Part shown: positions 27,845 to 30,381 of the stretch, in pieces
Position numbering within the stretch: the first letter of the stretch is position 1
Layout: each line of letters opens with the position of its first letter
NCBI GenBank assembly: GCA_048938445.1
Contig: JBHLME010000050.1
Span: 1-30,381 of the forward strand
Direction of reading: 5' to 3'
From: Promethearchaeota archaeon
GTDB taxonomy: Archaea; Asgardarchaeota; Lokiarchaeia; Sigyniarchaeales; SOKP01
DNA: 30,381 bases
Notes under the pieces: model-generated
Told to the model about the DNA's origin: nothing
Database searches by the model: none
Seen by the model: only the letters and a program-made list of their open reading frames with translations
Made by a program: the position numbers and the translations under genes

Positions 27845-28207
27845 TTAAAGTAAATTTTTTTTATAAAAGTCAAGCAATTTTACTATTGCATCATCTAGAA
27901 CAGGCTCTTGTTTTTTATCAATTAGTATTTTTAATAATTGATTCTTAACTCGATTCATCGCATCATTTATCATTTTTAATGTAGCTTCATTTGACATTGA
28001 TTCAAACTCAGTAAGTTCAATCTTATTTTCGATTTGATATTCTTGTAATGCACGGAATGCAAAACCACACATGGCATGTTCACTTATTGGAATATATTGT
28101 GTCGCTAATTTTGCGACTAAACGAACTTTTCGTCTTTGATCTGACGTTAGATGGAGTTGCTTATAATAATTTTCGGCTTCGGTTAGGCTTTTTTTTTTAA
28201 ATTCCAT
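27845..28207 (-). CDS. Hypothetical helical protein
   Basis: 120 aa ORF in otherwise empty space, T-tract after the stop; no motif recognised. Confidence 0.7.
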   Translation of the reverse strand: MEFKKKSLTEAENYYKQLHLTSDQRRKVRLVAKLATQYIPISEHAMCGFAFRALQEYQIENKIELTEFESMSNEATLKMINDAMNRVKNQLLKILIDKKQEPVLDDAIVKLLDFYKKNLL

Positions 28208-28585
28208 GACATATCATCTCATTATTGAGGGAGTAATAAAAGTTTAAAAAATGCTCTCTATAAATAGAATCAACTAATTAATATTAAAATATTTGGCTTT
28301 GAGTTTATGTATATTATAAAAAAGGATATGTTATTTTTTTTTCTAAGAAATATATTTCTTAATATTTTCATTCATCGTGTGATTTCACTTTCATAAAGAT
28401 TTTATTAGATCTTATAAAAAGGTCATAATTGTAAATTTTATAAAGAATTTATTAAACTTTCATCCCAATAAAAACTAGTATTGAAAACATTATTCTTTTT
28501 TTTTTATTTTCTAATATCTCGGGGAATTTGAAACTAAATAATATAATGAATTATATTCTATGTAAAAAATTATGAATTTAAGAGG

Positions 28586-29281
28586 TTAAGGAAAATATGG
28601 AATGTGATTTTTTCTACTTCTATATCCATAACTTAACCAATATGCGATAGTATTCTCTTTAGCAATAGATTTCGACCAAGACTTTAATTCTTTAAACCAG
28701 TATCGATTGAATTCTTTATTTTCAATAAAATTTTTATTAATATACCATTTTTTAATAACATGACAAAGTGCGATTAATGAACGCATATATTGATTAGGAA
28801 TTTTTTTTGATAAGAGACAATTACGGACTATTTTTCTAATTTCATTTCTTTTATCCAAGTTTAAAATTTTATATCTTCCATAGATTTGTTTGATCAAGCC
28901 ATCTTCGACCATTTGATCTAATATCCTTGTTTGTATATTGTATTTTTCTTTACCTAAAATATTGTATCTTTCTTTACCTAAAAATCTAATCCAACGATAC
29001 AAACTTTTTCGATGTTTTGACAATTTAACCATTAGATCATCTAAAATTGGTATACCTGTGGGAGATCTATCCAAAATTTGTATCCTCCCACTTATATTTA
29101 ATTCCTTTCTCAGAAAAGATACATTTTTAATACGTATTTTATTTAATAATCTTAAATCCTCCAATAAATAAGCAGCAACATGCTGATGTTTAGAACCCCA
29201 ACTTCCTCTAAGAAAGGTATAAATAAATTCACTTGTATTTATAGGACTGAGAGAAATTAATATCATTTCTGTTATTAACAT
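28586..29281 (-). CDS. GPP34/GOLPH3 (Vps74)-family protein, divergent
   Basis: L..E..L..L start, AAYLLEDLRL..KI, D.SPTG.PILDD, W, ILDQMVEDGLI, RY, IR..VR..L.....P.....SLIAL. Confidence 0.7.
   Translation of the reverse strand: MLITEMILISLSPINTSEFIYTFLRGSWGSKHQHVAAYLLEDLRLLNKIRIKNVSFLRKELNISGRIQILDRSPTGIPILDDLMVKLSKHRKSLYRWIRFLGKERYNILGKEKYNIQTRILDQMVEDGLIKQIYGRYKILNLDKRNEIRKIVRNCLLSKKIPNQYMRSLIALCHVIKKWYINKNFIENKEFNRYWFKELKSWSKSIAKENTIAYWLSYGYRSRKNHIPYFP
28935..28982. repeat. 24-bp in-frame tandem duplication
   Basis: ATATTGTATTTTTCTTTACCTAAA / ATATTGTATCTTTCTTTACCTAAA (23/24 identical), encoding LGKERYNI-LGKEKYNI. Confidence 0.9.
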
Positions 29282-29439
29282 TTGATCATTACCTTTAAGG
29301 ACAATTAATTGATTTTTAGTTACTTAAAAAAAGTTTCAATTGATATATAAAACAATTAGGAACAAAATTTTACAAAAAAAAATCTTGAATTCAAATTAGA
29401 AGCATTAAAAATTAAAGCTTGGAGATCTTAATTATTTTA

Positions 29440-30111
29440 ATGCTGGATCTTGAAAAATTAAATCAAGAAATTATTAAAAAGTATCCTCAGGCTCTAAAAG
29501 TAAAAAATAAGGATTATAATATAAAAGTACCAATTATAAATGATGTTTATTTAGATATTTATTTCAAGAATTATCCCAAGTTACCAAAGGTAAAATTGAA
29601 GCGTGGTGATGGAAAATTCTTTAAATTAGATAAAATAATTCCAACATTAAGAGATTGGCATAAAACTACACCACCAAGTATTATAGAATTAATTGATGAG
29701 ATATTTTTATTAATAGAAAGCATAGCATCTGATCAAATTTTCATAAAAAAAGCATTATTAGAGGGATTAATGAAAATGTGTAAAGAAAGCCATCCTAAAA
29801 AAATAACTGGACTCTTAAGTGTGGAGAAAGGAATTGTTTCCGAATATATTCTCCCTTCTTATGCTTGCACAAACCCTAAAAAAGACAGATATGTTTGGGG
29901 TCTTCCTTCATGCGCAATTCCTTTAGATTTATCATATCAAGGAACTTTCATATCACGACCTGAAGGATCTTTGGCTAAAAATGAAAAGTTAAACCAAATA
30001 TTTAAAAAAAGGCGATTTACTCTACTTATAGGATATCCTTATGATGATTTCAGCTGTATCAAGTGTTTTGATTCTGAGGGTAAAGTCATTAATTTTTCTC
30101 TCAAAGAGTAA
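29440..30111 (+). CDS. UEV/RWD-like domain fused to a degenerate JAB1/MPN (JAMM) domain
   Basis: N-half: I.F.NYPKLPKV...L.DW....P.SIIELIDEI. C-half: I.IKK.LL..L......HP....GLL......V.E.ILP...GT..S.P.G.....IGYPYD....KCFDSEG, with the metal ligands replaced. Probable start ATG 29440. Confidence 0.7.
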   Translation: MLDLEKLNQEIIKKYPQALKVKNKDYNIKVPIINDVYLDIYFKNYPKLPKVKLKRGDGKFFKLDKIIPTLRDWHKTTPPSIIELIDEIFLLIESIASDQIFIKKALLEGLMKMCKESHPKKITGLLSVEKGIVSEYILPSYACTNPKKDRYVWGLPSCAIPLDLSYQGTFISRPEGSLAKNEKLNQIFKKRRFTLLIGYPYDDFSCIKCFDSEGKVINFSLKE

Positions 30112-30381
30112 ATGGATTAGACCTTATAATTAATTAAAATTTATGAAAATAATTTGTATTATTTTTTTTGATCAAACAAGGAAATTAACAGATAAAGAAT
30201 TAAACAATAAATAAGGCTAAACAACTAATTTTTTACTGTTCTAACTATCTAAATTTTTAAGCATTCTATTTTTAAGAAATATTCTATTATTACAAAAAAA
30301 AAAATTTAAACTTAAGAATAAAATCACTGTATTCATTAACTAAAATTATATATTTGAAAAGAAATAATAATTTTAATAACC

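Noticed and set aside
1-30381. CRISPR arrays, tRNA/rRNA genes, transposases or integrases
   Set aside because: None seen by eye; intergenic regions are short and AT-rich with no regular repeat-spacer pattern. A covariance-model scan would be needed to exclude small RNAs.

Overview
AT-rich archaeal DNA whose gene content (Hdr/Vhu/Fwd energy genes next to longin, vWA-zinc-finger, GPP34, LITAF-like and MPN proteins) points to an Asgard archaeon, most likely Lokiarchaeia (inference). Most of the window is a minus-strand energy-metabolism region: hdrC-hdrB-hdrC-hdrB-hdrA-ugd; mvhD-fwdG-fwdF1-fwdF2-fwdD-fwdB-fwdC-fdhD (no fwdA); and vhuG-vhuA-hdrC-hdrB-vhuU. The main hidden feature is a 49-codon gene missing from the ORF track (3196-3345, minus strand). 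It encodes the separate C-terminal active-site peptide of a split [NiFe(Se)] hydrogenase (VhuU type), with an in-frame TGA at the Ni-ligand position (RCFDC-U-LSCAAH). It is followed by a eukaryote-style SECIS hairpin whose AUGA core contains the gene's own UGA stop codon. Other points: a VhuG with a duplicated Fe-S domain, a GC-rich internal segment in vhuA, a displaced fdhD 3' end marking a 1.4 kb insertion, three copies of a likely ArsR operator, a probable homopolymer frameshift in a GNAT gene, and a UEV/RWD-like plus catalytically dead JAMM fusion. All family assignments come from motif recognition by eye; no searches were run.
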